DNA from: an uncultured Actinomycetota bacterium
Lineage (GTDB): Bacteria; Actinomycetota; Thermoleophilia; Solirubrobacterales; Solirubrobacteraceae
DNA: 64,000 bases
Direction: 5' to 3'
Assembly (NCBI GenBank): GCA_963721515.1
Contig: CAVRKJ010000010.1
Coordinates: 606,672-670,671 of the forward strand
Shown here in pieces: positions 1 through 10,303 of the stretch (positions are counted from its first letter, which is position 1; each line of letters starts with the position of its first letter). A program made the translations under genes and the position numbers. The notes beneath the pieces were generated by a model. That model saw only the letters and a list, made by a program, of their open reading frames with translations, made no database searches and had not been told where the DNA came from.

Positions 1-851
1 AGGCCCCTCGGTTCGGCGCCGGGACGATGGGCTCCCGTCAGCTCGTGGGGACGCTGACCGGCGAGGACCTCCACGCTTTGCGCGATGCGGACGGCGTCAG
101 CGCCGCCGACGCGCTCGCCGCCTATCTGGACCAGCTGTCGGACCTGCCTCGCGTCGAGCCGCCGCTCGATCGCCTGCGCGCCCACGCCGAGGTCCACGTC
201 GCGCAGCGCCGGTCCCTACGCGATCTCGGCGTCGTCACCGCGGTGGCCTCGCCGCGGCGGTTCGTGGTGCGGATCGAGGGCCAGGCCGGCCACTCGGGCG
301 AGGTGGCGATGGCCGAGCGTCACGACGCCCTCGCGGCAGGCGCCGAGGTCGTGCTGGCGGCGGAGGCCGCGGCGCGCGCGGAGCCGCCCGAGACCGTCGC
401 CACCGTGGGCACCCTCAGCGTCGCGCCCGGCGCGGTCAGCGTCATCCCCGGCGAGGTGCGCCTGGGCATCGATGTGCGCGGGATCGAGTCGGGGTCCCTG
501 GCGCGCGTGGAGGCCGCGATCCGCTCCGCGGTGACCGAGATCGCGCAACGGCGCGGGGTTGCGGCACAGCTGCAGTTGACGCGCGCCGGCGAGCCGGTCG
601 CGATGGACCGCCGGCTGGTCGACGCGGCGCTCCGAGCCACGCACGAGCTGGGGATCCCTGCCGCCGAGACGTGGTCCGGCGCCGGGCACGACGCCCAGCA
701 CCTCATGACCCTCGCCCCCGCGCTGCTTCTGTTCGTCCCGCTCCACGGCGGCGAGAGCCACACCCCGCAGGAGGGCGCCGACATGGACGAGATCGTCGAG
801 GCGACGCGGGTGGTCGTGTCGGTGCTCGGCGCCGAACTCGCCGCGGCATAG
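1..851 (+). CDS. M20-family Zn amidohydrolase (allantoate amidohydrolase / N-carbamoyl-L-amino-acid hydrolase type), 5'-truncated at window edge
   Basis: ORF 27..851 stays open back to nt 3. The C-terminal block 'GAGHDAQHLMTLAPALLLFVPLHGGESHTPQE' is typical of this family. Only about 275 of an expected ~410 aa are present. Confidence 0.75.
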   Translation, partial: APRFGAGTMGSRQLVGTLTGEDLHALRDADGVSAADALAAYLDQLSDLPRVEPPLDRLRAHAEVHVAQRRSLRDLGVVTAVASPRRFVVRIEGQAGHSGEVAMAERHDALAAGAEVVLAAEAAARAEPPETVATVGTLSVAPGAVSVIPGEVRLGIDVRGIESGSLARVEAAIRSAVTEIAQRRGVAAQLQLTRAGEPVAMDRRLVDAALRATHELGIPAAETWSGAGHDAQHLMTLAPALLLFVPLHGGESHTPQEGADMDEIVEATRVVVSVLGAELAAA

Positions 852-1140
852 GTCATACTCCCGGGAGGAGCGGAGATGGACGAAATTGTCCAAACGGCCA
901 ACCCGAAGGCAGCGACTCCCGGCGTCCGGCGCTTGACACTGCGTCGCGGGTGTGAAACAACCGTGACTAGTGGAGGGGCGACGAGGAACCGTCAGCGCGC
1001 TGCGGCGCATGCCATGATCTGCGCCCAATCTACACTGAGGCGGTGGAGAATGCGCCGCGAGGCTGTCCACGAACTATGCCCGGAGGAGGGCCGACTTCGC
1101 GGCGAGGGCACACGCCCCCGCGACAGAAAGGTGACGGAGC

Positions 1141-2853
1141 ATGGCTAATGACCACAAGAGGCTTGACGCGATCCGCAACGATCGCTCGGAGCTCGAGAAC
1201 CACTACATCGACGAACTGGTGGCCGGGCGCATCGACCGGCGCCAGTTCATGCGCAAGGGCGCCGTGATCGGCATGTCCACCGGGCTGATGGGCGCGATCC
1301 TGGCCGCCTGTGGCGGCGCCAACAATGTCGGCACGTCCGCCGCGTCGTCCTCGGCGGCCGGCGGCAGCTCGAGCTCGAGCGCCGCTGCCACCAAGGGCGG
1401 CACGCTGAAGCTGGCCCAGCAGACACCGACGACGGCGATCAACCCGCTGATCGTCAACGACGCCGGTGGCCTGAACATGCTGGCCCAGACCGGCGAGTTC
1501 CTCGTCTTCGACAACAACCAGACCCTCTCACTGCAGCCGATGCTGGCCACCAAGTGGACGCCGAGCAAGGGCGGCTCGGTCTGGACGTTCACGTTGCGCC
1601 CCAACGTCAAGTTCCATGACGGCTCCCCGATGACCGCGGACGACGTCGTGTACTCCATCCAGGGGCTCGCCAATCCCAAGAACGCGTCCAACGCGCTCTC
1701 GACGTTCGCCAACGTGCTCAAGCCCGACGGCGTGGTCAAGGTCGACGACACGACCGTCGCCTTCCACCTCGAGGCCGCGAACGGCAACTTCCCCTACCTC
1801 GTCTCCTCGGACAACTACAACGCGATCATCGTTCCCAAGGGCACCGATTACGCCAAGTGGCAGAAGACGTTCATGGGGACCGGGCCGTTCAAGCTCCAGA
1901 GCTACACCACCAACACCGGCGCCAACTTCGCCGCCAACGCGGCCTACTGGGGCGGAGCGCCCAACCTGGCCTCCACGCAGTTCACCTTCTACACCTCCCA
2001 GCAGCCCCAGATCCTCGCGCTCCAGGGCGGCACGGTCGACGTGATCGTCCAGTTCGTCGTCCAGGGCGCACAATCGCTGCTCAACAACTCCCAGTACAAC
2101 ATCATCAAGCTCAAGTCGGCCGGTCACCGCGAGCTGTCGATGCGCAACGACCAGTCGCCGTTCACCGACAAGCGCGTGCGCCAGGCCATCGCGCTGTCCC
2201 TGGACCGACCCGGGATGGTCAACGCGCTGCTCGCCGGCGACGGCGACCTGGGCAACGACAGCCCGTTCGCGCCGAAGTTCCCCTCGACGGACACCAGCAT
2301 CCCTCAGCGCAAACAGGACATCGCCAAGGCCAAGCAGCTCCTTTCCGCGGCCGGGCACCCCAACGGGTTCAGCACGCAGCTCGCCACCGAGCAGTACGAG
2401 GAGATCCCCCAGCTGGCGCAGGTGATCGCCGAGGCAGCGAGCAAGATCGGGGTCAAGATCAACCTCAAGGTCGAGAACCAGGCCAGCTACTACGGCAAGG
2501 CGACGTTCGGCAACTCGGATTGGCTCGACGCGACGATGAGCCTCGTCGACTACGGAGACCGCGGCGTGCCGAACGTGTATCTCGACGCCCCTCTGCTCTC
2601 CAACGGGACGTGGAACGCGGCCCACTTCAAGAACCCCACCTACGACAACCTCGTCAAGCAGTACACGGCGGCCGTCGACCTGCAGACCCAGAAGCAGATC
2701 GCTGGCAAGATCCAGACGCTGCTGCTCGACGAGACGCCGCTGGTCATCCCCTACTTCCTGGAGGGGCTGACGGCGACGACCAGCAGCGTGCATGGGGTCA
2801 ACCCCACGTCGATTGCTGCGATCTACCTCAAGGACGCGTCCAAGTCGGCGTAG
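1141..2853 (+). CDS. ABC transporter substrate-binding lipoprotein, family 5 (peptide/nickel, DppA/OppA-like)
   Basis: 570 aa. Tat-like 'RRQFMRKG' followed by the lipobox-like 'LAACGG'. The length and sequence are typical of family-5 SBPs, and it is the first gene of a permease/ATPase operon. Confidence 0.85.
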   Translation: MANDHKRLDAIRNDRSELENHYIDELVAGRIDRRQFMRKGAVIGMSTGLMGAILAACGGANNVGTSAASSSAAGGSSSSSAAATKGGTLKLAQQTPTTAINPLIVNDAGGLNMLAQTGEFLVFDNNQTLSLQPMLATKWTPSKGGSVWTFTLRPNVKFHDGSPMTADDVVYSIQGLANPKNASNALSTFANVLKPDGVVKVDDTTVAFHLEAANGNFPYLVSSDNYNAIIVPKGTDYAKWQKTFMGTGPFKLQSYTTNTGANFAANAAYWGGAPNLASTQFTFYTSQQPQILALQGGTVDVIVQFVVQGAQSLLNNSQYNIIKLKSAGHRELSMRNDQSPFTDKRVRQAIALSLDRPGMVNALLAGDGDLGNDSPFAPKFPSTDTSIPQRKQDIAKAKQLLSAAGHPNGFSTQLATEQYEEIPQLAQVIAEAASKIGVKINLKVENQASYYGKATFGNSDWLDATMSLVDYGDRGVPNVYLDAPLLSNGTWNAAHFKNPTYDNLVKQYTAAVDLQTQKQIAGKIQTLLLDETPLVIPYFLEGLTATTSSVHGVNPTSIAAIYLKDASKSA

Positions 2854-2874
2854 GGCGCCGGCGGGGGATCACAG

Positions 2875-3828
2875 ATGACGATCTTCATCCTCAAGCGCAT
2901 CGGCCTCGCGCTGATCACGCTGTGGATCCTGAGCATCATCGTGTTCTTCGCCGCGCAGGTGCTGCCGGGCGACCCGGCCCGAGCGATCCTCGGGCCGTTC
3001 GCCCAGCAGTCGGCCGTCGACGCCCTCAACCACCAGTTGGGCACCGACAAGTCGTTGATCTCGCAGTACCTGACGTGGGTCGGCCACATCCTCACTGGCA
3101 ACCTGGGGACCTCATACGCCCAGCAGACGCCGGTCGGCCCCATCCTGGGCAAGGCGTTGGTCAACTCGCTCAAGCTCGCGCTGCTCGCGTTCATCATCGT
3201 CGTCCCGCTGGCCATCAGCGGCGGGGTGGTGTCGGCGCTCAACGCGGGCAAGCGGCTGGACCGCACGATCAGCGTGGCGGGACTGTCGTTGATGGTGATC
3301 CCGGAGGTGGTGTCCGGGATCGTGGTCATCCTGGTGTTCGGGATCTGGCTCAACGTCCTGCCGATCCAGGCCACGACGCCGCCGGGCTCGAGCATCGGCG
3401 ATCAGGTCTACCACCTCATCCTGCCGGCGATCCCGCTGGTGCTCATCCTGTTCGGGTACATCCAGCAGATGTCCAGGGCCGGTACCATCGAGGCGCTCAA
3501 CTCCGACTATGCGCGGACGGCCACGCTGAAGGGGCTGCCGCGCGGCGTAATGATCCGCCGCCACGTCCTGCGCAACTCGCTGCTGCCGACGATCACCGTG
3601 ATCGCCACCCAGACCGGGTATCTCATCGGTGGCCTCGTGCTGGTCGAGACGCTCTTTCACTACAACGGGATCGGCTCGCTCACCTTCACCGCGGCCAACC
3701 AGAAGGACTTCCCCATGCTCGAGGCCTGCGTGCTCGTCATCGGGACGGTCTACATGGTGGCCACGCTCGCCGCGGATATCCTGTTCACGCTGCTCAACCC
3801 GCGCATCCGCTACCGGGGGGTCGAATGA
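2875..3828 (+). CDS. ABC transporter permease (DppB/OppB-like)
   Basis: 317 aa and multi-TM. The N-terminus 'ILKRIGLALITLWILSIIVFF' and the EAA-type loop 'YARTATLKGLP' are typical of the family. Confidence 0.85.
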   Translation: MTIFILKRIGLALITLWILSIIVFFAAQVLPGDPARAILGPFAQQSAVDALNHQLGTDKSLISQYLTWVGHILTGNLGTSYAQQTPVGPILGKALVNSLKLALLAFIIVVPLAISGGVVSALNAGKRLDRTISVAGLSLMVIPEVVSGIVVILVFGIWLNVLPIQATTPPGSSIGDQVYHLILPAIPLVLILFGYIQQMSRAGTIEALNSDYARTATLKGLPRGVMIRRHVLRNSLLPTITVIATQTGYLIGGLVLVETLFHYNGIGSLTFTAANQKDFPMLEACVLVIGTVYMVATLAADILFTLLNPRIRYRGVE

Positions 3829-4712
3829 GCATCGACACCGTCCCCGTCGAGGATGCCGGCGCGGTCAGCACCGCCGGAGCCGACCTCCGCCGCCGCGAGT
3901 TCCTCCGGGAGCTGACGCACCAGAAGGCGTTCGCCGTCGGCGCGTTCATCATCGGCTTCTGGATCCTGGCGGCGATCTTCGGCAGCCTCGTCGTCCAGGA
4001 CCCGCTGGCCCAGAACCTCTCTAACATCAACCACGCGCCGTCCTCGGCGCACCTGTTCGGCACCGACCAGCTGGGCCGCGATATCTTCGCCCGGGTCATC
4101 GTCGGCTCGCGCCCCATCCTCATCATCGCCCCGCTGGCGACGCTGCTGGGCACGGTGCTGGGAACGGCGCTCGGGCTGGTCATGGGCTATTTCCGCGGAG
4201 CGGTCGACGACGTCCTCGGCCGCTTCGTCGAGGCCTTCCTGGCGCTCCCACTCGTCGTCACCGGCATTCTCTTCATCGTCGCGCTCGGCAACTCGGACAT
4301 CACGCTGATCATCGTCATCGGGATCATCTTCACGCCGCTGATCGCCCGTACGGTGCGCGCGGCGGTGCTGGTCGAGCGCGACCTGGACTACGTGGCCGCC
4401 GCCCGGCTGCGGGGCGAGCGCTCGTCCTACATTATGTTCTCCGAGATCCTGCCCAATATCATGGCCCCGATCGCGGTCGAGTTCACCGTCCGTCTCTGTT
4501 ACGCGGTGTTCACGATCGTGACGTTGTCGTTCCTGGGCTTCGGGATCCAGCCGCCGACCCCGAGCTGGGGGTCTGACATCGCGGCCAACGTCACCCAGGT
4601 GACTGCCGGGTATTGGTGGGAGGTGCTGTTCTATGCCCTTGCTATCGCCACCTTGGTGATAGGCGTCAACATGCTCGCCAACTCCATCGAGACCGCTGCG
4701 GACGCCTCATGA
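3825..4712 (+). CDS. ABC transporter permease (DppC/OppC-like)
   Basis: Internal ATG at 3825 in ORF 1857..4712, overlapping the upstream stop (ATGA). 'HLFGTDQLGRDIFARV' is the typical DppC N-terminal motif. The earlier part of the 951-aa ORF is out-of-frame read-through of the SBP gene. Confidence 0.85.
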   Translation: MSIDTVPVEDAGAVSTAGADLRRREFLRELTHQKAFAVGAFIIGFWILAAIFGSLVVQDPLAQNLSNINHAPSSAHLFGTDQLGRDIFARVIVGSRPILIIAPLATLLGTVLGTALGLVMGYFRGAVDDVLGRFVEAFLALPLVVTGILFIVALGNSDITLIIVIGIIFTPLIARTVRAAVLVERDLDYVAAARLRGERSSYIMFSEILPNIMAPIAVEFTVRLCYAVFTIVTLSFLGFGIQPPTPSWGSDIAANVTQVTAGYWWEVLFYALAIATLVIGVNMLANSIETAADAS

Positions 4713-6823
4713 GCACCGTCGCCGAGCCCAGCCCCAGCGCAAACGCTCCCGAGACCGCCGACGCGCTGCGCCTGTCGCACGTCGACATCAGCTACCGCGT
4801 CCGGCGAAAGGACCAGCGAGTCGTCCGCGACGTCAGCTTCCACGTGGCCCGGGGCGAGTCGTTCGGCCTCGTGGGCGAGTCGGGCTGTGGCAAGTCGACG
4901 ATTGCGCTCTCGATCGTGCGCTACCTGGCGCGCAACGGGCGGGTGAGCGCGGGCGACATCGAGATCGACGGCACCGACGTCCTGGCGCTCAAAAAGGACC
5001 AGCTGCGCCAACTGCGGGCCCGCAAGGTCTCGATGGTCTATCAGGAGCCGGGGCGCGCGCTGAACCCGTCGATCCTCGTCGGCCGCCAGGTCGCCGAGGT
5101 CTACGACATCGCCGGGCTGGGTCACAAGGAGGCGCTGGCCAAGGCCCAGGACATCCTCACCAAGGTCCGCATCTCTGACCCCAAGGGGGTCATGGGCCGC
5201 TATCCCCACCAGCTGTCGGGCGGCATGCTCCAGCGCGTCGTCATCGCCATGGCGCTGGCCGCAGAGCCGGCCCTGCTCATCCTCGACGAGCCGACGACCG
5301 CGCTGGACGCCACCGTGGAGGCCGAGGTGCTCGACCTCATCCGCGGCCTGCGCCAGGAGTTCGACACGTCACTCCTGTTCATCAGCCACAACCTGGCGGT
5401 GATCGCGCAGATGTGCGATCGCGTGGGCGTGCTGTACGCCGGCGAGCTCGTGGAGGAAGGGGTCGCCACCGAGGTCTTCAAGAGCCCGCGGCACCCCTAC
5501 ACCGTCGGGCTGCTGCGCTCGATCCCCCGGCGTGACGTCGATCCCATCCCGGGCGGTCGGACGCGGGCGCCGCTGACGACGATCCCCGGCTCGCTGCCGG
5601 CGCCGGGGTCCGTCCTCGAGGGCTGCATCTTCGCCGAGCGCTGCGGGCTGGCCGAGGACCGCTGCCGCACCGAGGCGCCGCCGATGTATGAGATCGGGGG
5701 CGGCCGGGGCTCGCGCTGTCACTTCCACGAGCGCGCCCAGAGCGTGCCCTCGGGCGCGACCGCCGAGGATCTTCCGAGCGACACGGCGGCCCGCGACCGC
5801 CGATCCGGCGAGCCGATCGTCCGCGTGCGTGACGCGAGCAAGACGTTCCACTTCGGCGGCCAGACCGTCCGCGGCCTCTACGGCGTCGATCTCGACATCG
5901 CGGCCGGAGAGACCGTCGGCCTCGTGGGCGAGTCGGGCAGCGGCAAGACGACGATGGCGCGCGTGATCATCGGCCTGACCGCGCCCGACGCCGGTGCCGA
6001 GGTGGAGCTGGACGGCCATCCCGTGGCGTCGCTGGCCCCCCGGCGCTCCACCGCCGACCAGAAGGCGCTTCAGATCGTCTTCCAGAACCCGGACTCGGCG
6101 CTCAACCGCCGCCACTCCGTGCGCCGCCTCATCTCCCGCTCGCTCTCCAAGCTCGGCGGCTACCGGGGGGAACAGCTCACGGAGCGGCTGCTGGCGCTGG
6201 TCAAGTCGGTGCGCCTGCCCGAGCGCTACCTCGCGATGCGGCCATCCCAGCTCTCCGGCGGCCTCAAGCAGCGGGTGGCCATCGCCAGGGCATTCGCCGG
6301 GGACCCGCGGATCGTCATCTGCGACGAGCCGACCTCCGCCTTGGACGTCTCGGTCCAGGCGGCGATCCTCAACCTCCTCACCGACCTCCAGCGCCGCGAG
6401 GACGTCGCCTACCTGTTCATCAGCCACGACCTCGGCGTCGTGCGCTACTTGGCCGACCGCATCGTCGTGCTCTACCTCGGCCGCGTCATGGAGGTCGGTC
6501 CCGCCGAGCGGGTGTTCGGCGGCCCCCAGCACCCCTACACCGAGGCGCTGCTCAGCGCGGTCCCGACGCTTGACGATCTGGACCGCCTGCGCATCCGGCT
6601 CGAGGGCGAGATCCCCAGCGCCGCCGATCCACCGACGGGATGCCCGTTTCACACGCGCTGCCCCCGCAAGATCGGCGAGATCTGTGAGACCACCGAGCCC
6701 GAGCTGCGCGAGGAGGAGGCCGGTCACGGGATCCGCTGCCACATCCCGCTGGCCGAGCTGCGCCGCCTGCAGGCGATCGACGGGTCAGCCGAGGCCGCGC
6801 CAGCCGCGCAGGCCGACACGTAG
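4709..6823 (+). CDS. Fused double ATPase of the peptide ABC transporter (DppD-DppF-like)
   Basis: Two Walker A motifs ('GESGCGKST', 'GESGSGKTT') and two signature motifs ('LSGGMLQR', 'LSGGLKQR'). Start ATG 4709 overlaps the upstream stop (ATGA). Confidence 0.9.
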   Translation: MSTVAEPSPSANAPETADALRLSHVDISYRVRRKDQRVVRDVSFHVARGESFGLVGESGCGKSTIALSIVRYLARNGRVSAGDIEIDGTDVLALKKDQLRQLRARKVSMVYQEPGRALNPSILVGRQVAEVYDIAGLGHKEALAKAQDILTKVRISDPKGVMGRYPHQLSGGMLQRVVIAMALAAEPALLILDEPTTALDATVEAEVLDLIRGLRQEFDTSLLFISHNLAVIAQMCDRVGVLYAGELVEEGVATEVFKSPRHPYTVGLLRSIPRRDVDPIPGGRTRAPLTTIPGSLPAPGSVLEGCIFAERCGLAEDRCRTEAPPMYEIGGGRGSRCHFHERAQSVPSGATAEDLPSDTAARDRRSGEPIVRVRDASKTFHFGGQTVRGLYGVDLDIAAGETVGLVGESGSGKTTMARVIIGLTAPDAGAEVELDGHPVASLAPRRSTADQKALQIVFQNPDSALNRRHSVRRLISRSLSKLGGYRGEQLTERLLALVKSVRLPERYLAMRPSQLSGGLKQRVAIARAFAGDPRIVICDEPTSALDVSVQAAILNLLTDLQRREDVAYLFISHDLGVVRYLADRIVVLYLGRVMEVGPAERVFGGPQHPYTEALLSAVPTLDDLDRLRIRLEGEIPSAADPPTGCPFHTRCPRKIGEICETTEPELREEEAGHGIRCHIPLAELRRLQAIDGSAEAAPAAQADT

Positions 6824-8074
6824 CGGCCCCACGCGACCGGCGGCGCTCGCCACCAGGCAGGCCGCGACGGCCAGCGAGGGGACGATGACCGCGAGGTAGG
6901 CCATCTCGGCGCCCGCTGCCTGCTCGACGGCGCCGGCGACCAGCGGCATCAGCACCGTCGCGGCGGCCCACGCGCCGTTGAGCATGCCGAACACGACGCC
7001 GTCGCTGCCGCCGTCCTCCGCACGCTGGGAGGCGAGCGAGTAGGCGATCGTGCTGATGACCGCGCGCGGCGCGGCCGTGAACATGAGCGCCATCACCAGG
7101 GCCACGGTGCCGCTGCCGGCCATCGCCGGCAACAGGGCCACGGCCAGCACCGCGGTGGTGACGGCGTTGAACTTCAACGTCTGCGCCCGCGTGCCGAGCC
7201 GGACGATCACCGCGCTGACCGCGATGAAGCAGACGGCGGCCACCGAGAAGGCCAGCCCGATGCGCCCGGTCGAGAGGCCGAGGCGGTGCAGGCCGCCGCT
7301 GACCAACAGCTGGCTGGCGCTGCTCACCGCGCCCGAGACCACCAGCGCCCCCGCCGCCGCGGCCACCCGGGGGCGCCGGGCCAGTGCGAGCAGAATGCGC
7401 GGGGTCACCGGTGCGGGACCGTCGCTGACCCGAGGCTGGAAGTAGGCGATCTCCAGCGGCAGATCGGCGGGCTCGACCGGCGGGGCCGGGATCGCCGGCC
7501 GCGTCGCGGTGGTGCCGAGAGCCAGCGGCGCCACGACCGCGGCCGTGGCGACGGCGATGACCGCGAACGGGGCGCCGAGCCCAAGGTGCTGGGCGAGCAC
7601 GCCGCCGACCGCCGGGCCGAGCATGATCCCCACCGAGGAACAGGTCACCGCCGGGCCCAGGCCGGACCCGCCGCGAGCCGCGTCGAGGTCGGCCAGCCAC
7701 GCCATGCCGCTCGTCCACACGACCCCGAAGGCCACCCCGAACACCATCCGTCCCGCCAGCACCGCCGCCAGCGACGGCATCGCCTGGGCGACGCAGGCGA
7801 GGCACAACAGCGCGCCCGCGCCCAGCGTGACGCGGCGGGGGCCGATCCGGTCGGCGGCGATCCCCGACGGCACCGAGACCGCCAGCGTGGCGAGGCCGGG
7901 CAGGGCCAGTAGCAGCGCCGTCTGCGACGCCGACAGCCCGAAGGCCGCGGACATGCGGGGCAGCAGCGGGACGATCGCGGCCTGGGCCACGCCCGCGGCG
8001 AGAAACAGGCCGTAGACCAGCCACAGCGACACGCGGGCGGGAAGGGGGCGGACGTGAACACGCTGGAAAAGCAT
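6785..8074 (-). CDS. MFS transporter
   Basis: About 429 aa from internal ATG 8074 ('MLFQRVHVRP...'). It has 12 predicted hydrophobic helices and the MFS loop motif 'GIAADRIGPRR'. The upstream 50 codons of the ORF are Pro/Arg-rich and unlikely to be coding. The 3' end overlaps the convergent ATPase gene by 39 nt. Confidence 0.75.
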   Translation of the reverse strand: MLFQRVHVRPLPARVSLWLVYGLFLAAGVAQAAIVPLLPRMSAAFGLSASQTALLLALPGLATLAVSVPSGIAADRIGPRRVTLGAGALLCLACVAQAMPSLAAVLAGRMVFGVAFGVVWTSGMAWLADLDAARGGSGLGPAVTCSSVGIMLGPAVGGVLAQHLGLGAPFAVIAVATAAVVAPLALGTTATRPAIPAPPVEPADLPLEIAYFQPRVSDGPAPVTPRILLALARRPRVAAAAGALVVSGAVSSASQLLVSGGLHRLGLSTGRIGLAFSVAAVCFIAVSAVIVRLGTRAQTLKFNAVTTAVLAVALLPAMAGSGTVALVMALMFTAAPRAVISTIAYSLASQRAEDGGSDGVVFGMLNGAWAAATVLMPLVAGAVEQAAGAEMAYLAVIVPSLAVAACLVASAAGRVGPLRVGLRGWRGLG

Positions 8075-8130
8075 CTGCAGGAGATAGTACGATTCAGTTG
8101 GTCGGTTACAGATGACCCTTTTTGCTCTAT

Positions 8131-9051
8131 ATGATCGATCTAATTGATCAAAGCTCAATCGATCTGAAGGCGCTGCGCGCGTTGGTGGCCGTGGCCGACC
8201 AGGGGTCGTTTCGCGCGGCGGCAAAGGCGCTGGGCTATACCCAATCCGCCATCTCTCATCAGGTCGGCACGTTGGAGCGCGCGCTTGAGGCCCCGCTGTT
8301 CACTCGACCCGGTGGGCGCGGGCAGGTCGGGCTCACCCCCGCGGGCGACGTTGCCTACGTCCGTGCGCGGCGGGTCCTGGGCGAGGTCGAGACGCTCGGG
8401 GCCGACGTCGCCGCCGTCACGCGCGGGGAGCGCCAGACGCTGCGGATCGGCGTCTTTCAGACCGCCACCACCGAGCTCCTGCCCGGGGCGCTGCGCACGC
8501 TGCGCGAGCAGCGCCCCGACGTCGAGGTGGTCCTCACCGAGATCCAGGACAACGCCCGGACGTTCGACCGCATCGCCGGCGGCGAGCTCGACCTCGCGTT
8601 CCAGGTCAACCCGATCCCTGATGACCGCATCCAGTCGATTCCCCTGCTCGACGACCCGTGGGTGATCCTGACCCGGCGCGACAGCGAGCTGGCGGCGGCC
8701 GAGACGCCCACGTTCGACCTGCTCGACGGCGTCGACCTCGTCGCCTGGAACCGCCGCTGGCGCACCCAGCAGGAACTGGAGCGCGCCTGGCGCCGGCGCG
8801 GGATCCGCCCGCGCGTCGTGTTCCGCACCGACGACAACCTCGCCCTGCAGCGCCTCGTCGCGGCCGGCTACGGCCATGCGTGCCTGGATCGACTGGGCGC
8901 CTCGGGAGCGGTGGAACCGTCGCTGACGTGGCTCGAGCCCAAGGAAGCGCTCATCCCCCGCACGATCGCGCTATGCCACCCGCGCCGCCGGGACCCCAGC
9001 AGCTCAGCCGTCATCCTCATGGACGCCGTTCGGGCCCAGTTCGGAGTCTGA
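8131..9051 (+). CDS. LysR-family transcriptional regulator
   Basis: N-terminal HTH 'FRAAAKALGYTQSAISHQVGTLERAL' followed by a LysR substrate-binding domain. It is divergent from the MFS gene and upstream of the ADH operon. The start is ATG 8131, with TTG 8122 as the alternative. Confidence 0.85.
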   Translation: MIDLIDQSSIDLKALRALVAVADQGSFRAAAKALGYTQSAISHQVGTLERALEAPLFTRPGGRGQVGLTPAGDVAYVRARRVLGEVETLGADVAAVTRGERQTLRIGVFQTATTELLPGALRTLREQRPDVEVVLTEIQDNARTFDRIAGGELDLAFQVNPIPDDRIQSIPLLDDPWVILTRRDSELAAAETPTFDLLDGVDLVAWNRRWRTQQELERAWRRRGIRPRVVFRTDDNLALQRLVAAGYGHACLDRLGASGAVEPSLTWLEPKEALIPRTIALCHPRRRDPSSSAVILMDAVRAQFGV

Positions 9052-9118
9052 GTTCCGTGATCCGCTTGACAGCCGCGGGTCCGTGTGCGACAACGCCGCC
9101 CGTGGAAGGGGTCCAGGG

Positions 9119-10303
9119 ATGACCGACACGACGCTGACCGTTGCGCCGCCCCGGACCAGCCTCCAGGTGCGCGCCAGCGTTCTGCGCGAGCCCGGCCGCC
9201 CGCCTGCCGTGGAGACGGTGCTGCTCGATCCGCCGGGGCCCGGCGAGGTACTCGTGCGCGTCGCCGCCGCCGGTGTCTGCCACTCCGACGTCCATCTCGC
9301 CGACGGCGCGCTCGGGGACGGCCGCTGGCCGATGGTGATGGGCCACGAGGGCGCCGGGGTGATCGAGGCACTCGGCGAGGGCGTGACGGGTGTGCGCCCC
9401 GGCGATCACGTGGTGTTCTGTCTGGTGGCCTCGTGCGGCACCTGTGCGGCGTGCCGGTCCGGGCACCGCACGCTGTGCGAGCCGGTCGGCGCCCAGTCGG
9501 TCGCCGGGAACCTGCCGACCGGCGCCCGACGGCTGCGCGATGCCGCGGGTGACAGCCTCCAGCACGGCCTGACGATCGCGTGCTTCGCCGAGCACGCCGT
9601 CGTCTGCGCCAGCAGCGTCATCCCGATCCCCCACGACGTCCCGCTGTGGCAGGCCGCGCTGCTCGGCTGCGGCGTGGTGACGGGCTTCGGCGCGGTCACC
9701 CACGCCGCCGGCGTACGGATCGGCGAGCGTGTGGCCGTCATCGGCTGCGGCGGGGTCGGGCTGCAGGTGATCGCCGCCGCACGGCTGGCCGGCGCGGGCA
9801 CCATCGTCGCCGTGGACCGCCGCCCGGAGAAACTCGAGCACGCGCTGCGCCGCGGCGCCACCCATGCGGTCGACGGCTCGGACGCAGACGCGGCCGCCGA
9901 GATCGTCGCGCTCACCGACGGGGGCGTCGACCACGCCTTCGAGGTCGTCGGCGCGTCGGCCACGATGCGGCTGGCCTGGGACGCGCTGCGACCGGGCGGC
10001 ACCGCCGTGGTGGTCGGCCTGGCGCCCCGCGGCGTCGAGGTCTCGCTCCCGGCTATCGAGTTCCTATCCGAGAAGTCGATCGTGGGCAGCTACTACGGGA
10101 CCGGCGACCCGGTGGCGACGCTGCCGGGGCTCGTCGACCTCGTCCAGACCGGACGGCTTGAGCTGGCGGACATGGTCTCGCACCTGATCGACCTCGACGG
10201 CGTCGCTGACGCCATGGAGCGGCTGCGCCGGGGCGAGGGTGACCGGTCCGTCATCGTCATCGACCCCGAGCTGGCGGGAGCGACCGCCGGAGGTACGCCA
10301 TGA
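9119..10303 (+). CDS. Zn-dependent alcohol dehydrogenase, class-III-like (formaldehyde-dehydrogenase-type architecture)
   Basis: 'GVCHSD' and 'GHEGAG' Zn-ligand motifs, structural-Zn Cys cluster 'CGTCAACRSGHRTLC', 'LLGCGVVTGFGAV' and Rossmann motif 'IGCGGVG'. ATG 9119 is preceded by GGAAGGGG. Confidence 0.85.
   Translation: MTDTTLTVAPPRTSLQVRASVLREPGRPPAVETVLLDPPGPGEVLVRVAAAGVCHSDVHLADGALGDGRWPMVMGHEGAGVIEALGEGVTGVRPGDHVVFCLVASCGTCAACRSGHRTLCEPVGAQSVAGNLPTGARRLRDAAGDSLQHGLTIACFAEHAVVCASSVIPIPHDVPLWQAALLGCGVVTGFGAVTHAAGVRIGERVAVIGCGGVGLQVIAAARLAGAGTIVAVDRRPEKLEHALRRGATHAVDGSDADAAAEIVALTDGGVDHAFEVVGASATMRLAWDALRPGGTAVVVGLAPRGVEVSLPAIEFLSEKSIVGSYYGTGDPVATLPGLVDLVQTGRLELADMVSHLIDLDGVADAMERLRRGEGDRSVIVIDPELAGATAGGTP

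Noticed and set aside
852-1140. A possible riboswitch or leader in the 290-nt region upstream of the peptide-ABC operon. A TTGACA hexamer occurs at 933-938.
   Set aside because: I could not recognise any riboswitch consensus or a properly spaced -10 by eye. There is not enough evidence to call anything, and an Rfam scan would be needed.
1857-4712. A 951-aa ORF (and similarly the 1247-aa ORF 30399..34142) as single giant genes.
   Set aside because: They are chimeras. The N-terminal parts are out-of-frame read-through of the SBP/permease genes (or the MFS gene). Only the C-terminal parts, from ATG 3825 and ATG 31983, have real family similarity.
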